Of a stretch of DNA of 15,597 nt, positions 13,141-15,597 are shown one piece after another. How positions within the stretch are numbered: the stretch's first letter is position 1; every line of letters starts with the position of its first letter. The position numbers and the translations under genes were made by a program. Origin of the DNA: Thermoanaerobaculia bacterium (lineage in GTDB: Bacteria > Acidobacteriota > Thermoanaerobaculia > UBA5066); contig CAWFJJ010000010.1 in the NCBI GenBank assembly GCA_963816185.1, positions 1 through 15,597 of the forward strand. The letters are read 5' to 3'. A model generated the notes under the pieces. It was not told the DNA's origin, did not search any database, and saw nothing but the letters and a program-made list of their open reading frames with translations.

Positions 13141-13166
13141 GTCTCCGGAGAACCCGGGGCGTTTCA
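13141..13166 (-). repeat. Right inverted repeat of the outer IS
   Basis: Reverse complement is TGAAACGCCCCGGGTTCTCCGGAGAC. Confidence 0.92.
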
Positions 13167-13169
13167 CAC

Positions 13170-13371
13170 TGAAGTGGTAGACGTGATAGAAGCGGTTCGT
13201 CCCTACCATGTACGCGGTCTTTCCCATCGTCTGTTTTAGCCACTTGAGGACGAGCGTCTTACCCGAGTTGTTCCCGCCTGACAAGACGGTCACTGGGGAT
13301 CCCGCGCGCTGTTTCGCGAACTCCTCGAGCGTAGGAGCGAAGGTGAGACCGCCTCTTAACGGGTGTGCCAC
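13170..13371 (-). pseudogene. N-terminal part of the same ATPase/TOPRIM gene (Walker A)
   Basis: GTG at 13371 with GGAG 5 nt upstream, and Walker A VTVLSGGNNSGKT. It joins 10489 in frame (HVYHFSAALRNP) after IS removal: 202+1112=1314 nt, 437 aa. Confidence 0.85.
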
Positions 13372-13616
13372 GGTTTCTCCACATCGTCTGCGACTCTGCT
13401 TGGGTGCTCTAACACAGAGCCGGTATCGGAGAAGTCTACAGATGCGATGAAGTTTCGGCCAACATCGCTGCGCAGGTGAGCCCTTCGTCACACACAGGAA
13501 AGGGCTCTAGGAGAAGCGCTCATTCCGATTCGGGCAGAGGCGAGGGGGTGGCGTTCCTCCTGGCGACCTGTCGCTCGACGACTTCCACGGACTGCTCACG
13601 ACCTCGAGTCATCCAG

Positions 13617-14015
13617 CTATCGAGTGCCGGTATCGGGAAGGTACGTGCCGAACGTCCAGGGGTGCCCCTCGAGGTCCCGGACGTGGTACTCGCGCGCGCC
13701 GAAGTCGGTGTCCTTGGGTGGACTCGTGATCTCCGCGCCCGCCGATCGTGCCCGTTCGAAATGCGCGTCGAGGTCGTCGACGTATACGGAGAGGGCTTGC
13801 GTGGCGGCTCCGAGCGTCTGAGGGCTCGCCATGCCGTCGTCGGGCCTGACGGATCCGATCATGATGACGTTCGTCCCGAGCCTCAGCTGCGCATGCCGGA
13901 CGACCTGCCCCGACTCGGGAATCGAGAAGATCTCGACGAAGCCGAAGGTCCTCGAGAGCCATCGAATCGCGACTCTCGCGTCTTCGTATCTCAGGATCGG
14001 GAATATCGTCTGCAT
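13617..14015 (-). CDS. VOC/glyoxalase/bleomycin-resistance family protein
   Basis: IFPILRYEDARVAIRWL, HAQLRLG, VYVDDLDAHFERARSAGA, DTDFGAREYHVRDLEGHPWTFG. Confidence 0.9.
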   Translation of the reverse strand: MQTIFPILRYEDARVAIRWLSRTFGFVEIFSIPESGQVVRHAQLRLGTNVIMIGSVRPDDGMASPQTLGAATQALSVYVDDLDAHFERARSAGAEITSPPKDTDFGAREYHVRDLEGHPWTFGTYLPDTGTR

Positions 14016-14066
14016 CGCCGATCACGTGACTCCGAGGAGCGTCGCCCTGGCGAGCGGGAGGTCCGT

Positions 14067-14798
14067 TCAGTCCTTGTGTCGATAAAGCGAAACATGCGAA
14101 CCAGAATCGGCTCTGAAGGGCCGGCGGTCCCAATCTGCCCAGCGACTCGTGAGATGCATTCCGGCGAGCTGCGCCATGAGGTCGAGCTCCGATGGCCATG
14201 CGTATCGGATCTCGATGGGGTAGACCCGCACATTCCCATTCCTGATTCGCACGATACGCGAGGTCACCCTTTGTTTGCCGAGGTCATGATGGGATGCCTC
14301 GATCTGGACGTCGTCTTCGTCGACGGCTCCGACCAGAACCGGTTGATGCCTGGTGAATCGACTGAGGTCGGGGACGAAGGCTTCGACGGCGAACGTACCC
14401 TGTCGGGTGAGGACCGACGAGACTCCCCGGAAACATCTCACCTGATCCTCCTGGGTCAGGAGCGCAAAGAAGGTATTGAACGCGCAAAAGACCAGGTCGA
14501 ATGGACCTCCCGGAACGCTGTTTACGTTTGCGAAGTCGTCCACCGTGACGGGAAGGCGCTCGCCACCCCGTTTCGCCCGGAGTTTCTCGATCATCAGGGG
14601 TGAGGAGTCGATCCCGTGGATTTCAATGCCCCTTGCGGCGAGGGGGAGCGCCAGCCGCCCGGTGCCAATGCCAAGTTCGAGGCTCCTGCCATTCGTTCCG
14701 GCCAGGCTGGCCAATGTTTCGATCGCAGCGGGAGATGCGTCGCCATAGAGCTCGTCGTAGACATCCGCAATCTTGTCGCCGTACGTCGCGGGGTTCAT
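14067..14798 (-). CDS. Class I SAM-dependent methyltransferase (243 aa)
   Basis: Motif I LELGIGTGR, then HGIDSSPLM and FDLVF. The ATG at 14798 is preceded by AGGAGAG. Confidence 0.9.
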   Translation of the reverse strand: MNPATYGDKIADVYDELYGDASPAAIETLASLAGTNGRSLELGIGTGRLALPLAARGIEIHGIDSSPLMIEKLRAKRGGERLPVTVDDFANVNSVPGGPFDLVFCAFNTFFALLTQEDQVRCFRGVSSVLTRQGTFAVEAFVPDLSRFTRHQPVLVGAVDEDDVQIEASHHDLGKQRVTSRIVRIRNGNVRVYPIEIRYAWPSELDLMAQLAGMHLTSRWADWDRRPFRADSGSHVSLYRHKD

Positions 14799-14851
14799 TG
14801 TTCTGCTCTCCTGAGTTCTAACGAGCCTTTCCGTGATTGAGGCTGCCGCAG

Positions 14852-15565
14852 TCACGCGCTCAGTTTAGTTTCACGCGCGCCCGCAGGCGCGTGTGAAGAC
14901 GGAGCCGCTGCCAGCACGATCTCTCCCTTCACGCCCGGCCGTTCGGCGAGGAGCCGTGCGATTTCCGAGGCCTTCCCGCGCAGGACCTCTTCATGGAGCT
15001 TCGTGAGCTCGCGCCCGAGAACGACCGGCGGATCTCCCCACGCCTTCGCGAGCGCTTCGAGGGATTCGACGATCCGGAAAGGCGACTCAAAGAGAACCGT
15101 AGTCCCGCGGCGCGCAGCGTTCGACGTGTACCAGCGGTCGCGCTCGCCGCGGCGTGAGGGCGGAAAGCCCAGGAACGTGAACGGGACGGCCGGAAAGCCC
15201 GAGATCGAGAGGATCGCGAGGACCGCCGAGGGCCCCGGAATCGCCTCTACGCGGTGCCCGGCCGCGGCGGCCGCCGCGACGAGCCGCTCGCCGGGATCGG
15301 AGACGAGCGGCGTGCCCGCATCGGAGACGAGAGCCAGCGTCTCGCCGCGGGCGAGGCGCTCGAGAGCCTCGTCGACGCGGCGGTGCTCGTTGTGGCCGTG
15401 GCAGGACACGCGCGGCGTCGTGAGGCCGTGGCGCGCGAAGAGGTTCCCCGTGCGGCGGGTATCCTCGCAATAGACGACGGCCGCCGACGAAAGAGCTTCG
15501 AGCGCGCGCGGCGACAAGTCGTCGAGGTTCCCGATCGGCGTCGCGACGACGAGGAGACGGCCCAT
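14852..15565 (-). CDS. rsmI: 16S rRNA (cytidine1402-2'-O)-methyltransferase
   Basis: VVATPIGNLDDLSPRA, CEDTR, LVSDAGTPLVSDPG, IPGPSA, FESPFR, RELTKLHEE, KGEIV. Confidence 0.96.
   Translation of the reverse strand: MGRLLVVATPIGNLDDLSPRALEALSSAAVVYCEDTRRTGNLFARHGLTTPRVSCHGHNEHRRVDEALERLARGETLALVSDAGTPLVSDPGERLVAAAAAAGHRVEAIPGPSAVLAILSISGFPAVPFTFLGFPPSRRGERDRWYTSNAARRGTTVLFESPFRIVESLEALAKAWGDPPVVLGRELTKLHEEVLRGKASEIARLLAERPGVKGEIVLAAAPSSHAPAGARETKLSA
14870..14897. repeat. 12-bp stem-loop within the rsmI 3' tail
   Basis: TTCACGCGCGCC-CGCA-GGCGCGTGTGAA (one G-T pair). It lacks a U tract, so the function is unclear. Confidence 0.5.
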
Positions 15566-15597
15566 CGCGGCATTCTCTCGCGACCTCGCGATCCGTG

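Noticed and set aside
13372-14851. rnpB downstream of rsmI (as in E. coli), a tRNA, or a retron ncRNA
   Set aside because: No GAGGAAAGTCC signature, no cloverleaf and no reverse transcriptase gene were seen.

Overview
GC-rich bacterial DNA, probably from an Acidobacteriota/Thermoanaerobaculia-like lineage (inferred from gene style), with signs of long-read errors. From left to right: a multiply frameshifted membrane-protein 3' end running into T1028-A65 (probably artefact); a secreted beta-helix protein with a distinctive C-terminal module; a coupled SNF2 ATPase/SWIM pair; a divergent hypothetical gene; and a more AT-rich minus-strand accessory block downstream of rsmI (SAM methyltransferase, VOC protein, ABC-ATPase/TOPRIM gene, GNAT). 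The main hidden feature is a three-layer nest. A 437-aa OLD-like ATPase-TOPRIM candidate defence gene is split by an IS6110/IS51-like IS3 element (CAC duplication, ALIL frameshift pseudoknot). That element's orfB is split in turn by a second IS3-family element (CCCT duplication, TA-terminated left end). Removing the insertions restores both interrupted ORFs exactly in frame.
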